Shown piece after piece: positions 10,042 through 20,659 of a stretch of 64,000 nt of DNA. The stretch spans positions 1 to 64,000 of the forward strand of contig JBLNDL010000067.1 in NCBI GenBank assembly GCA_050261575.1, read 5' to 3'. The notes under the pieces were generated by a model. That model was not told where the DNA came from. It ran no database searches and worked only from the letters and a program-made list of their open reading frames with translations. The position numbers and the translations under genes are program-made. Within the stretch, counting starts at the first letter, position 1; every line of letters starts with the position of its first letter. The DNA comes from Sphingomonadaceae bacterium (GTDB taxonomy: Bacteria > Chloroflexota > UBA6077).

Positions 10042-11097
10042 ATGAACAGCATCGGTGGCGCGCAGAACCTGCTCCTGAAGTTTCGGCGACATAGGGCAGT
10101 GCTGCATCCACGCACTCTCAGCTTCCTCTTCCACTGGCTGCGTCGAAGCCCCAGGGTCCCCTACCCACCGCTGAAGCTTCACCTGGAGCCCACCAGCCAC
10201 TGCAATCTGCGATGCATCATGTGTCCGCAGAGCATGGGGGCCACCAAGGGCAACGGCCATATGGATATGGACCTCTACCGAAAGATCATCGACGAGGCTC
10301 GACAGTTCGTACTGGAGATCAATCTCTTCTTCAGGGGCGAGCCGCTGCTCCATCCGCGCATCGTGGAGATGGTGCGGATTGCGCGGAACGCGGGCATCTC
10401 CACCCATATCAACACCAACGCTACCTTGTTGAAAGGCAGGCTGGTAGACGGGCTCCTGGACGCCGGTCTGGACAAGCTTACGATCAGCTTCGACGCCGGC
10501 GAGAAGGAGATGTATGAGCAGATGCGTCGCGGCGCCAAGTACGAGAAGACCCTGGAGAACACCCTGGGCTTCCTCAGGGCCAAAGCCGCCAGGCGATCTA
10601 GCAGCCCGTACACCACCATCCAGGTGATCCGCTTCTTCGAACCGAGCGCGCCGGGCCCATCGGTTCCCGAGCAGTTCGTGCGTCTGTTCGACGGCCTTCC
10701 CGTCGACGAGTTCGACCCCATATGGGCCCACGGTTGGGCCGGCACAATGAAGGACAGCGAGAGCTTCCAAGCGGCGCCCTACGGCCACAACTACTACCCC
10801 TGCAACTGGTTGTGGAAGTCGCTGGCGATCGGGTGGGACGGGAAGGTGGCCACCTGCTGCGGGGACTTCGGCCCGCACGAGGTTTTCGGCGACCTGAACA
10901 CAGACAGTCTCCTGGACATATGGAACGGCCCCCAGATGGTGAGGATTCGCACCCTGCAGCGAGAGAAGCGGCTGGGAGAGCTGCCGCTCTGCCGCGGTTG
11001 CGACGCCCCGTGGCAGCCCGACGGTCCCCGATGGAAGCTCTTCCACACGGCCTCCCTGGTGGCCGGACTCACGTACCGAGGTGGACAGTCCCCTTGA
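10042..11097 (+). CDS. Radical SAM/SPASM-domain protein
   Basis: CNLRCIMC; C-terminal C..CC..CRGC SPASM/twitch cysteines; GAGG before ATG 10042. Confidence 0.9.
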   Translation: MNSIGGAQNLLLKFRRHRAVLHPRTLSFLFHWLRRSPRVPYPPLKLHLEPTSHCNLRCIMCPQSMGATKGNGHMDMDLYRKIIDEARQFVLEINLFFRGEPLLHPRIVEMVRIARNAGISTHINTNATLLKGRLVDGLLDAGLDKLTISFDAGEKEMYEQMRRGAKYEKTLENTLGFLRAKAARRSSSPYTTIQVIRFFEPSAPGPSVPEQFVRLFDGLPVDEFDPIWAHGWAGTMKDSESFQAAPYGHNYYPCNWLWKSLAIGWDGKVATCCGDFGPHEVFGDLNTDSLLDIWNGPQMVRIRTLQREKRLGELPLCRGCDAPWQPDGPRWKLFHTASLVAGLTYRGGQSP

Positions 11098-12248
11098 GAG
11101 TGCTGCTCGTATCCAACCTCTTCCCTCCCGATATCGGCGGGCCGGCTACCTACGTATCCAGGCTCGCCAACGATTTGCACCAGCGAGGCCACCAGGTGCA
11201 GTTGGTGGTCTGCGCGGAGAACCCTTCCGCCGGTGCCGAGTATCCCTTTCCAGTGCGCCGGATATCGCGGCGCATCTTCATGCCCCTGCGCCTACTGATC
11301 GTGCTTTTCTGGGTCATTTGGCACGCCAGAAATGCGGATGTGGTTTACGTCAACGGCCTGGAACTGCCGGCCGTCCTCGGCTCCCGCCTGATGCGCAAGC
11401 CCTCCGCCCTGAAGGTGGTCGGCGACTTCGCCTGGGAGTATGCGGTTCGCCATGGCTGGACCAACGATGGGATAGATCACTTCCAGACCGCCCGGTACGG
11501 CCGGAAGGTGGAGTTGGTCCGGTGGCTGGAGCACTGGTACGCGCAGCACGTGGACCGGGTGATCACCCCCAGCTTCTACCTGAAGGGTATCGTGGCAGGA
11601 TGGGAAGTGCCACCTGAACGGATCAGCGTGGTCTACAACGCCCTGACCAACCGCTTCGACGGCAGCCTGACTCGCGAAGAGGCTCGCCGGGCCGTGGGTC
11701 TGGACGGCACCCTGGTCTTGACCGTGGCCAGGTTGTACAAGTGGAAGAACGTAGACGTCCTGATTCGGCTGGTGCCGGACCTCCCTCCAGAGAGCAAGCT
11801 GGTCATCGTCGGTGACGGCCCCGAGGAGGAGTACCTCAGGGGGCTGGCCGCCGAGATCGGCGTATCCGACCGCGTGGTGTTCGTGGGTCGAGTGCCGCAG
11901 GCCAAGGTCGCTCTCTACCTGCGTTCCGCAGACGTCTTCGTGTTGAACACGCGCTACGAGGGGCTCTCTCACACCATCCTGGAATGCATGGACGTGGGAA
12001 TCCCCGTGGTCGCCACGGCCGTGGGGGGCAACATGGAGTTGATCGAAGACGGGGTCAACGGCTTCCTGGTGCCGGTGGACGACCGGAGGCAGATCGTCTC
12101 CGCCGTCCGGAAGCTGCTGTACGATCGCAAGGTTAGAGAGAGCTTCGTCGAGCGCTCCAAGGAAAAGGTGAAGGACTCCTCCTGGGACAGGTTGGTCGAC
12201 ACGGTGGTGGCAACCCTCGATCAGGTGGTACGGGAGGCCAGGAGTTGA
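11094..12248 (+). CDS. GT4 glycosyltransferase
   Basis: TTG start overlapping the previous TGA, with GAGGTG SD; FPPDIGGPATY; YEGLSHTILECM. Confidence 0.9.
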   Translation: MRVLLVSNLFPPDIGGPATYVSRLANDLHQRGHQVQLVVCAENPSAGAEYPFPVRRISRRIFMPLRLLIVLFWVIWHARNADVVYVNGLELPAVLGSRLMRKPSALKVVGDFAWEYAVRHGWTNDGIDHFQTARYGRKVELVRWLEHWYAQHVDRVITPSFYLKGIVAGWEVPPERISVVYNALTNRFDGSLTREEARRAVGLDGTLVLTVARLYKWKNVDVLIRLVPDLPPESKLVIVGDGPEEEYLRGLAAEIGVSDRVVFVGRVPQAKVALYLRSADVFVLNTRYEGLSHTILECMDVGIPVVATAVGGNMELIEDGVNGFLVPVDDRRQIVSAVRKLLYDRKVRESFVERSKEKVKDSSWDRLVDTVVATLDQVVREARS

Positions 12249-13447
12249 TGGCGAGCAGCGGCCTCAAGGTCATTTCGATCGGGCTCGATCTCACCATCGC
12301 CCTCGTGGACCCCTCGGTTGGCAGCAGGGGAGACGCCCGGCGGCGGCAAGAGGAGTACGCCGAGCTGGTGTCCAGCTACACCGCCATCGTGAAGACCCCG
12401 CGGAGCAACCGGTACCAACCCTATCGATGGGGTGGCAGTCACGCCGTGTTGCCGACGCTTTCCACATCGGCATGGCGTTTTCCGCTCGATGCCTATCGGC
12501 TGGCCGCTAGAGTGGTTGGCGAGCAGGGCGCCGACCTCGTGGTCACACAGGACCCATTCTCGACCGGACTCGCAGGCTACTGGTTGAAGAAACGGCTAGG
12601 GGTTCCGCTCTGCATCCAGGTCCACAACGACATGATTGGATGCCGGTGGTGGATGCGAGAGTCTCCGGTCAACCGAGCCATGGAGCCGCTGGGCGCATGG
12701 CTCGTCCGGCAGGCGGACACCGTCCAGGTGGTCAGCCATACCATCCGGGATCGGTTGGTAGCCAGGGGGATGGATCCCTCCCGAGCCTGGAACATCATGA
12801 CCGGTGCGGGCATAGACTCTCGCCAGTTTCGAGAAGCCGACGGATCCGAGTTGCGAGCCAGGCTGCTTGGAGGCGAACATTCCTGGCTCGTGCTCTTCAT
12901 GGGAAGGCTAGTCAAGCAGAAGGACCTTCCCACCCTTCTCCAGGCCGCCTCAATCGTGGCGCAGGTGCGTCCGGAGGCCCTGTTCCTCTTGGTCGGCGAC
13001 GGCGAGGAGCGGCCAAGGTTGGAGGCGCTAGTGCGGGGACTGGAGCTTGAGGACAACGTTCGGATCCCCGCCGGCGTAGGCCCGGAAGAGGCACCCCGCT
13101 ACTTCGCCGCCTGTGACATCTTCGTCATGTCCTCGTTGTACGAGGGAAAGGCCAGAGCCCTGGTGGAGGCCGCGTGTGCGGCTAAGCCCATCGTGACCAC
13201 CGAGGTCAGCGGTGCCGACGAGGTGGTGGTGGAGGGCGAGACCGGCCACCTGGTGCCGGTGCGGGACCCGTCGGCGCTGGCCGACCGCATCCTCAGGCTC
13301 CTCGACGATCCGGAGAGGGCCCGCCAGATGGGCCTCCGAGGGCGGGAACTCAACTGCGAGAGGTACGATCGCAAGAACAGCCTCCAGCAGATGGCTCGAA
13401 TGTGGGAAGCCACGGCGGCCGCCGCCCGGCCGAGGACTGAGTACTGA
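12248..13447 (+). CDS. GT4 glycosyltransferase
   Basis: LFMGRLVKQKD; SSLYEGKARALVEAA. Confidence 0.88.
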   Translation: MASSGLKVISIGLDLTIALVDPSVGSRGDARRRQEEYAELVSSYTAIVKTPRSNRYQPYRWGGSHAVLPTLSTSAWRFPLDAYRLAARVVGEQGADLVVTQDPFSTGLAGYWLKKRLGVPLCIQVHNDMIGCRWWMRESPVNRAMEPLGAWLVRQADTVQVVSHTIRDRLVARGMDPSRAWNIMTGAGIDSRQFREADGSELRARLLGGEHSWLVLFMGRLVKQKDLPTLLQAASIVAQVRPEALFLLVGDGEERPRLEALVRGLELEDNVRIPAGVGPEEAPRYFAACDIFVMSSLYEGKARALVEAACAAKPIVTTEVSGADEVVVEGETGHLVPVRDPSALADRILRLLDDPERARQMGLRGRELNCERYDRKNSLQQMARMWEATAAAARPRTEY

Positions 13448-13512
13448 GTGCCGAGCCTCATCGGATCACGGAGTCGGGGGTGTCCCAACCCCGACGGACC
13501 ACTGGGGGCGAC

Positions 13513-13623
13513 ATCCGGCAAGGCGACGCCGTAGATCTCCTGGGTCAAGTCACGTCCAGCGAAGTGCTGAATCAGCATAGAATATGGAGAATCCAGCAAG
13601 GCGACGCCGTAGATCTCCTGGGT
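13513..13623. repeat. 33-bp direct repeat, two copies (13513-13545, 13591-13623)
   Basis: atcc(g/a)gcaaggcgacgccgtagatctcctgggt occurs twice with 1 mismatch and a 45-bp spacer. Confidence 0.9.
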
Positions 13624-13696
13624 TGAGACGGCCCAGGCTTCGCGACTATTGAGTGCTGGATAGCTGACAGCCATCAGCCGTCAGCTACCGTGTGAG

Positions 13697-14809
13697 GTGA
13701 GCAACATGCCGGACAACGGCCGCAAAGATAGGGCGTTGAACTTCGGGATCGTGGGCTGCGGCAGGATAGCCTCCCGCCACGCTGACGCTATCTGGGCCAG
13801 AGGCGATACAAGGCTGGTCGCCGTCTGTGACGTGAGCGAGCAGCGAGCCGCCAGAATGGCCTCCCAGTACGGATGCGAGGCATACACCGACTACGACAGG
13901 ATGCTCTCGCGGCCGGACCTCGACGTGGTGTGCGTGTGCACCCCGAGCGGTCTCCACGCGGCCAACGGCATCCAGGCCGCACGAGCCGGCAAGCACGTGG
14001 TGGTGGAGAAGCCGATGGCGCTCACCATGGAGGATGCATACGCCCTGGAGAAGGCGTGTCGCGACTCGGGTGTGAAGCTCACGGTGGTACTCCAGAACCG
14101 GTACAATAGTGCCATGCGGCGGCTGCGGGAGGCGGTGGATGCGGGGAAGCTCGGCAGGCTGCTGCTGGCAACCGTCACGGTGCGTTGGTACCGCCCCCAG
14201 GAGTACTACTCCGGCGACAACTGGCACGGCACCTGGGCCATGGACGGCGGCGCCCTGATGAACCAGGCCATCCACCACATCGACGCCCTGCAGTGGATGA
14301 TGGGTGACGTGGAGAGCGTCTTCGCCTACACCGCCACCCTCGCCCACCAGATGGAGGCGGAGGACACCGGAGTGGGCGTGGTCCGCTTCAAGAGCGGCTC
14401 CCTCGGCTCCATCGAGGGGTCCACGATAACCTATCCGGCAAACATCGAGGGGTCGCTGGCCGTCTTCGGCCAGAGGGGCTCGGTGAAGATCGGCGGCAAC
14501 TCCCTGGACAGGATCGCTTTCTGGAAGGTGGAAGGGGAGGTGGAGCACGAGCAGGAAATCCTGCGCCGCCAGGAGCTAGACCCACCCCCCAGCCGCTACC
14601 TCTCCCACAGTTGGGTGCTGGACGACATGGTTCGGGCTATCAGGGAAGACGGGCAGCCCGCCACCAACGGCGTGGAGGGCCGCAAGTCGCTCGCCCTCGT
14701 CCTGGCACTATATCAGTCTGCCAGGGATGGTCGGGAGGTCAGGATGGATCGGATAGAAGCTGGGATCGGGCACGATCCGGTAGAGGTCCAGCAGGGGGAG
14801 AGACGATGA
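13697..14809 (+). CDS. Gfo/Idh/MocA oxidoreductase, WbpB/WlbA-like UDP-GlcNAcA 3-dehydrogenase
   Basis: [21 protein letters not shown]...[18 protein letters not shown]; adjacent to the acetyltransferase and aminotransferase. Confidence 0.82.
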   Translation: MSNMPDNGRKDRALNFGIVGCGRIASRHADAIWARGDTRLVAVCDVSEQRAARMASQYGCEAYTDYDRMLSRPDLDVVCVCTPSGLHAANGIQAARAGKHVVVEKPMALTMEDAYALEKACRDSGVKLTVVLQNRYNSAMRRLREAVDAGKLGRLLLATVTVRWYRPQEYYSGDNWHGTWAMDGGALMNQAIHHIDALQWMMGDVESVFAYTATLAHQMEAEDTGVGVVRFKSGSLGSIEGSTITYPANIEGSLAVFGQRGSVKIGGNSLDRIAFWKVEGEVEHEQEILRRQELDPPPSRYLSHSWVLDDMVRAIREDGQPATNGVEGRKSLALVLALYQSARDGREVRMDRIEAGIGHDPVEVQQGERR

Positions 14810-15453
14810 TCAGCCCCACCGCCAAGATCTACCCCAACGTGCAGTTGGGAGAGAACGTGGAGATCGGAGACTTCGTAGTGCTGGGAGTGCCGCCGCGAGG
14901 AAAGGCCGAAGGCGAACTACCCACTATCGTTGGGGACGGGGCAGTCATCCGCTCCCACACCGTCATCTACGCCGGCAACGTCATCGGCAAGCGTTTCCAG
15001 ACCGGACACCACACCATGATCCGTGAGGAGAACCGAATCGGGGACGACGTCAGCGTGGGCACAGGCTCCGTGGTGGAGCATCACGTGGAGATCGCCGACC
15101 ACGTCCGCATCCACAGCCAGGCCTTCGTCCCCGAGTACTCCACCTTGGAGGAAGGGGCATGGATCGGCCCCAACGTGGTGCTGACCAACGTCCCGCATCC
15201 CCTCTGTCCCAAGGCCAAGGTGTGCATCAAGGGACCCACCATCAAACGGGGCGCCAAGATAGGGGCCAATTCCACCATCCTGCCCTACCTCATCGTGGGC
15301 GAGAACGCCCTGGTGGGGGCAGGAACGGTGGTGGTGGAGAACGTGCCCGACCGGGCCGTGGTGGCGGGAAACCCGGCTCGAGTCATCAAGAGCATCGACC
15401 AGCTCACCTGCCCAGTGGAGTTGATCGAGAAGCCGTACGGAGGTGAGGGATGA
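14806..15453 (+). CDS. Hexapeptide-repeat N-acetyltransferase (WbpD/WlbB-like)
   Basis: Left-handed beta-helix repeats; IGANSTILP...[10 protein letters not shown]. Confidence 0.85.
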   Translation: MISPTAKIYPNVQLGENVEIGDFVVLGVPPRGKAEGELPTIVGDGAVIRSHTVIYAGNVIGKRFQTGHHTMIREENRIGDDVSVGTGSVVEHHVEIADHVRIHSQAFVPEYSTLEEGAWIGPNVVLTNVPHPLCPKAKVCIKGPTIKRGAKIGANSTILPYLIVGENALVGAGTVVVENVPDRAVVAGNPARVIKSIDQLTCPVELIEKPYGGEG

Positions 15454-16550
15454 GGATCCCCCTTTGTGACCTGAAGGCACAGTACTCGGCGATCCAGGGC
15501 GAGATCGACGACGCCATCAAGAGCGTACTCGCCAAGACCAACTTCATCCAGGGCGAGGAAGTGCGGCTGCTGGAGAAGGAGTTCGCCGCCTACTCGGGGG
15601 CCCAGTACGGCGTGGCCGTCAGCTCGGGGACCGACGCCCTGCACCTCGCGCTGCTGGCAATGGGCGTTGGACCAGGGGACGAAGTGATCACCACCGCCCA
15701 CACCTTCACCGCCACGACCGAAGCCATCTGCTACTGTGGAGCGAAGCCGGTGTTGGTGGACATCGATCCCCGCACCTACAACATCGACCCCGCGAGGATC
15801 GAGGAGAGGATCACCCCTCGCACCAAACTGATCATGCCCGTCCACATCTACGGCCAGCCGGCCGACATGGATGCCATCCAGCAAGTCGCCTCTCGCCACG
15901 GCCTGCCGGTGCTCGAGGATGCGGCTCAGGCCCACGGGGCGGAATACAAGGGCAGGAGGGTCGGCAGCCTGGGCATCGCGGCCTGCTACAGCTTCTACCC
16001 GGGCAAGAACCTGGGCGCCTACGGCGACGCCGGCATGATCGTGACGAACGACGAGAAGCTGGCCGCATGGTGCGCTATGATGGCCGACCACGGCCGAACG
16101 GAGAAGTACTCCCACAGCCACATCGGCTACTGCAAGAGAATGGACACCCTCCAGGCTGCCGTCCTACGCGTGAAGCTGCGCCATCTCGACGCCTGGACCG
16201 AGGCTCGCCGGGCTTGTGCCGCCGCTTACAGCCGAATGCTCGACGGACTGGTCGAGACCCCCCACGAGCCAGAGTGGGCGAAAGCCGTTTACCATCAGTA
16301 CGTGGTTCGGGTCCCGAACCGAGATGAGGTTCGCCGCCGCATGGTGGAGGCGGGCGTGGGCGTCGGCGTCCACTACCCCATCCCACTCCATCTCCAGCCG
16401 GCCTACGCCTTCCTCGGCCACGGGCGAGGAGACTTCCCAGAGGCGGAGAAGGCCGCTGGCTCCGTCCTCTCCCTGCCCATCTACCCCGAGATGACCGACG
16501 AGCAGAGGGAATACGTGGTGAGCCAGCTACGGCTGGCCCTGGCTGGATAG
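15450..16550 (+). CDS. DegT/DnrJ/EryC1/StrS aminotransferase (WbpE/WlbC-like)
   Basis: [35 protein letters not shown]. Confidence 0.92.
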   Translation: MRIPLCDLKAQYSAIQGEIDDAIKSVLAKTNFIQGEEVRLLEKEFAAYSGAQYGVAVSSGTDALHLALLAMGVGPGDEVITTAHTFTATTEAICYCGAKPVLVDIDPRTYNIDPARIEERITPRTKLIMPVHIYGQPADMDAIQQVASRHGLPVLEDAAQAHGAEYKGRRVGSLGIAACYSFYPGKNLGAYGDAGMIVTNDEKLAAWCAMMADHGRTEKYSHSHIGYCKRMDTLQAAVLRVKLRHLDAWTEARRACAAAYSRMLDGLVETPHEPEWAKAVYHQYVVRVPNRDEVRRRMVEAGVGVGVHYPIPLHLQPAYAFLGHGRGDFPEAEKAAGSVLSLPIYPEMTDEQREYVVSQLRLALAG

Positions 16551-17645
16551 ATGCGGGTTCTCTTCATCACCCAGATCGTCGATCGATCCGACGACAACCT
16601 GGGGGCGGTCCACGGCTGGATCGCCGCCCTGGCGCGGGAGGTGGATGCCGTCCACGTCATCGCCCTGAGAACGGGCACGGTGGATCTGCCGCCCAACGTC
16701 TTCGTCCACTCTCTGGGCAAGGACTTTGGCAACGGGAAGCTCCGCCAGTTTCAGATCTTCCACTCCATCGTGGGGAGCCTCGCGCTGCGGCGACAGGTGG
16801 ACGTCTTCTTCCCGCACATGGTTCCGCGGTACGCGCTGCTTGTGGAGCCCTACCGGCTGCTGTTCCGCGTCCCCACGGTCATGTGGTACGCCCACAACAC
16901 GGCAGACCTCAAGCTGAGACTGGCCAACCTGTGTGTGGATCGTTTCGTCACCGTGTCCAGGGACAGCTTTCCTCTAGGGCTCGCGAAGTGTCAGGTGGTT
17001 GGGCACGGCATCGACACCGAGCTGTTCAGGCCCCCCGTGGAAGGCTGCGACCATCGGTCTTCGGGACGGACTCGTTTCCTGAGTCTAGGACGTATCTCTC
17101 CTCGCAAGGAGCTCGACACCCTGATCTCGGCGGCCGATCTGCTCGTGAACCGCTGGGGATGTCGAGGCGTCGAGTTCGTGGTGGCGGGTGCCCCCCTTGC
17201 GCCCGATGACCACACCTACTACGCTCACCTCAAGGCTAGGGTGGCCGAACTGGGTTTGGAGGACCTCTTCCGGTTCACTGGTGGCATACCCCACTCCGAG
17301 ACCGTGCGCGAGCTCCAGGCGTGCGACTTCTTCGTGAACATGCATGTGGAGGGCGGGCTCGGCAAGGCGGTGCTGGAGGCGATGAGCTGTGCAAAGCCGG
17401 CCCTGGTATCCACCCCTACCTACTACGAACAGCACCCACACTACGCCGCCGCCTTCCTCTTCGCGCCCAGGGACCCCGAGAGCCTCGCGCGGAAGATGCT
17501 GGGCGCCGCAGGAATGCCCCGGGCGGAACGGATCGGTGCGGGAGAGGCGCTGCGTCGATGGGTGGTACAGGAGCACGATGTCCGGCGCCAGATGTCGCGA
17601 ATCGTGGAGGTCTTCCACGCCGTCAGAGGGGGAGGCGAGCGATAG
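16551..17645 (+). CDS. GT4 glycosyltransferase
   Basis: LSLGRISPRK; GLGKAVLEAMSC. Confidence 0.88.
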   Translation: MRVLFITQIVDRSDDNLGAVHGWIAALAREVDAVHVIALRTGTVDLPPNVFVHSLGKDFGNGKLRQFQIFHSIVGSLALRRQVDVFFPHMVPRYALLVEPYRLLFRVPTVMWYAHNTADLKLRLANLCVDRFVTVSRDSFPLGLAKCQVVGHGIDTELFRPPVEGCDHRSSGRTRFLSLGRISPRKELDTLISAADLLVNRWGCRGVEFVVAGAPLAPDDHTYYAHLKARVAELGLEDLFRFTGGIPHSETVRELQACDFFVNMHVEGGLGKAVLEAMSCAKPALVSTPTYYEQHPHYAAAFLFAPRDPESLARKMLGAAGMPRAERIGAGEALRRWVVQEHDVRRQMSRIVEVFHAVRGGGER

Positions 17646-19453
17646 ACGTCAGAGTAGTGCTCGGCGGCAAGGCGGATGAGGGGCCCGCGCGCTACGTCCT
17701 GGAAACGCTGCTCTCCACCATCGGAGTGCCCTTCCGGTATCTCTCCGATCCAAGAGATGTCGAGACCGGGGTGCAGGGCCGTCCCGTCTACCTGGTAGTC
17801 GGTCCCGTCGACGACTCTATCGTGGATCGGCTGGCCCGAAGGACGGCCGTGGTGGCGCTACCGGGTCCGGTGCTATCGGCCATCGGCCGTCAACTTATCG
17901 CGGACGGCGCTCGGCGCTCAGCGGACCGCCCGGCAACTCCCCGATGCGGGGCGGGGTCTTGTGCCCCGCCGACCGACGGCCAAGAGGCACCGTGGGCAGC
18001 GCATAAGCCTCTGCCCTACGCCTGTCAATCATCAGAACCCAAGCCCCACCCGCCGGATCCCGTGCAGGTCGGCATCGTGAGGCGGGCTGCGGCCGAGGGC
18101 TACCTGGTGGTGATCACGGAGGACGTGATCGGACCCAGCTTCGATCTGCTCTCTCGGGCTGAGGAGCATTCCGCACGTGAAAGGGATCGGCACGACCGCT
18201 TCCTCTCCATCCACAGCCAGGTCCTGCCTCCCGAGCACGTGGGGCGCCCTTTGGTGAGCGAGTACGCCAGGCTGTTGCGCGATTGCCTGAAAGAGGCGTG
18301 TGCCGGAGCCAGAATCCCCACGATCTGCAAGGAACCGTGGCCGTTGGGGAAGCCGATGGCAGGGTGCTTGACCCACGATGTGGACGTGGTGCGACGGGGG
18401 AAGCTGCCCCGAGGGGTGGCCGTCAGGGACGTCAGAGGCGCGATCTCGAGCCTCCGGCGTGGGCAGCTTCGGGCGGCTGCCGGGCGAGCAGCCACGATAG
18501 CTCGAACTGCCTTGAGCGGACGCGATCCCTACTGGACCTTCGACCGGATCCTCGCCCTGGAGAAGCAGCACGACTACCGCTCAACCTTCTACTTCATGAC
18601 CGTGCGACAGCATCCAGAGGACGCCACCTACCGTCTGGACAGTGCCGGCATGGCGCAGCTATTGAGTGGCTTGGCAGGGCTGGGGTGCGAAATTGGGCTG
18701 CACGGAAGCTATGCTTCCTACTTGGATGGTGGGTCCCTGCGATCTCAGAAGGTGGCTCTGGAGCAGAGGATCGGCAGGGAGGTAACTGGCCACCGGAACC
18801 ACCTCCTCCGGTTCCGGGCTCCGGACTCATGGATCGCCCAGGAGTGGGCGGGGTTCTCCTACGACGCGACCCTAGGCTTCGCGGACAGGGAGGGCTTCCG
18901 TGGGGCTCACGCATTCCCCTTCCACCCCTACGACCCAGTCTCGGGGCAGGCATCGAGCCTTCTGGAGGTCCCCCTCGCCGTCATGGATGTGAGCCTACTG
19001 AAGTACCGAAAGCTGCGGGGTGAAAGGGCCGAGGCGGCGGTTCGATCCGTGTTGGAGCAGGTGCGCGCCACGGGGGGATTGGCGACGCTGCTGTGGCATA
19101 ACGACACCTTCTACGACCCCGAGTATCCGGGATCGGGCCATCTGTACCTGACGGCGCTACGATGGCTGGCGGAGAACGACGCCTATGTGGCCACGGCGGG
19201 CGAGATCGACCGCTGGTGGAGAGCCCGCTCGGCCGTCAGCCTTCGGCCGATTCAGGGGGGCGGGACGGGGTGGAGAATGGAGTGCCCCGCCGAGATCGCC
19301 GGGCTGGCGCTCCGGATAAGCCTTCCGGATCTGAAGTCTTCTCTACGGGTTCGGGGCAAAGCCCCCCTGGTGCTCAAGAGGGAGGGCCAGGACTACCTTC
19401 TGGAGTTCGGGCTGCTGCCGGCGGGCTTCACCATGGACATAGAGTACGAATGA
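17642..19453 (+). CDS. Polysaccharide deacetylase (CE4/NodB-like) family protein
   Basis: CLTHDVD, EIGLHGSY, RNHLLRF, YDATLGF...GFRG, LLWHN. Start is ATA 17642 (SD GGAGG 6 nt upstream) or GTG 17657. Confidence 0.82.
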   Translation: MDVRVVLGGKADEGPARYVLETLLSTIGVPFRYLSDPRDVETGVQGRPVYLVVGPVDDSIVDRLARRTAVVALPGPVLSAIGRQLIADGARRSADRPATPRCGAGSCAPPTDGQEAPWAAHKPLPYACQSSEPKPHPPDPVQVGIVRRAAAEGYLVVITEDVIGPSFDLLSRAEEHSARERDRHDRFLSIHSQVLPPEHVGRPLVSEYARLLRDCLKEACAGARIPTICKEPWPLGKPMAGCLTHDVDVVRRGKLPRGVAVRDVRGAISSLRRGQLRAAAGRAATIARTALSGRDPYWTFDRILALEKQHDYRSTFYFMTVRQHPEDATYRLDSAGMAQLLSGLAGLGCEIGLHGSYASYLDGGSLRSQKVALEQRIGREVTGHRNHLLRFRAPDSWIAQEWAGFSYDATLGFADREGFRGAHAFPFHPYDPVSGQASSLLEVPLAVMDVSLLKYRKLRGERAEAAVRSVLEQVRATGGLATLLWHNDTFYDPEYPGSGHLYLTALRWLAENDAYVATAGEIDRWWRARSAVSLRPIQGGGTGWRMECPAEIAGLALRISLPDLKSSLRVRGKAPLVLKREGQDYLLEFGLLPAGFTMDIEYE

Positions 19454-20646
19454 AACTGATCTACCTGGCCAACAACCGGATCCCGAGCGAGAAAGCCAAC
19501 AGCCTGCAGATCATGCAGATGTGCCAGGCGTTTCGGGAGCAGGGTGTGGAGGTGGAACTGGTCGTCCCCCGCAGGGCGCAGCCTCGGACGATGCGCTCGG
19601 TCAAGGACCCTTTCGCGTACTACGGGCTCAAATCCCGTTTCCCCATCGTCTGGTTGCCCTGCGTCGACGCACTGGAGGTCGCGCCCGCGCCGGCGCAGCA
19701 CGCTGCGTTCGCGCTGCAATCGACGACCTATGCCCTGGCAGTGGCCGCCTACCTGGCCACGCACAAGGCAGACATGTACTACTCCAGAGACCCTCTCTCC
19801 ACGGTGCTCTTGGCCCTTTCGCCGGCCTCGATTCGGGAGAGGTCGGTCTACGAGGCCCACACCTTCCCTGGTCCGGGGAGGAGAAGAGAGCTACATCTCT
19901 GGGCCGTAAGGCGCATCGCCCACCTAGTGTGTATCACGAGGGGACTGGCGGAGGAGTATCGGATACAGGGCGTACCCGGAGAGAGGATTCTGGTGGCGCC
20001 TGACGCCGTCGATCTGGACAGGTTCCGGTCCATGCCCGAGAAGTCCGAAGCCCGGCGGCAGCTCGGGATACCGGAGGAGGCCAGAGTGGCCTGCTACACT
20101 GGACACCTCTATCCCTGGAAAGGGGCCCACACCCTGGCAATGGCATCCAGGTTGATGCCCGAGGGGTATCTGGTGTACCTTGTGGGCGGTACGGAAGAGG
20201 ACTGCCGCGGCTTCCGGCGCTTCCTCGCCGATCACGGTCTGGGCAGGGTGAGACTAGTGGGTCACGTCACCCCCGATCGGGTGATCGGCTACCTGGCTGC
20301 GGCCGACGTCCTGGTGCTGCCCAACTCGGCCACCGACGTGAGATCGAGCCGCTACACCTCTCCAATGAAGCTGTTCGAGTACATGGCTGCCCGCCGGCCG
20401 ATCGTCGCCTCGCGTCTGCCATCGCTGCAGGAGGTGCTGCGCGACGGGGAGAACGCCCTCCTGGTGGAGCCGGACGATCCCCAAGCGCTGGCAGAGGGGA
20501 TCGCCACAATGTCGTGCGATGCTGCTCTGGCGAGACAGCTTGCCGCCAGAGCATGGCTCGAGGCGCAAGGACGCTCGTGGGCTGGACGCGCCAAAGCCAT
20601 CCTGTGTCTGACAGGAGACACTCGAGAAACGGCTCAACTAATCTGA
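19450..20646 (+). CDS. GT4 glycosyltransferase
   Basis: ANSLQIMQMC; YTGHLYPWKG; SPMKLFEYMAA. Confidence 0.9.
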   Translation: MKLIYLANNRIPSEKANSLQIMQMCQAFREQGVEVELVVPRRAQPRTMRSVKDPFAYYGLKSRFPIVWLPCVDALEVAPAPAQHAAFALQSTTYALAVAAYLATHKADMYYSRDPLSTVLLALSPASIRERSVYEAHTFPGPGRRRELHLWAVRRIAHLVCITRGLAEEYRIQGVPGERILVAPDAVDLDRFRSMPEKSEARRQLGIPEEARVACYTGHLYPWKGAHTLAMASRLMPEGYLVYLVGGTEEDCRGFRRFLADHGLGRVRLVGHVTPDRVIGYLAAADVLVLPNSATDVRSSRYTSPMKLFEYMAARRPIVASRLPSLQEVLRDGENALLVEPDDPQALAEGIATMSCDAALARQLAARAWLEAQGRSWAGRAKAILCLTGDTRETAQLI

Positions 20647-20659
20647 GAGGTGAGCTAGG

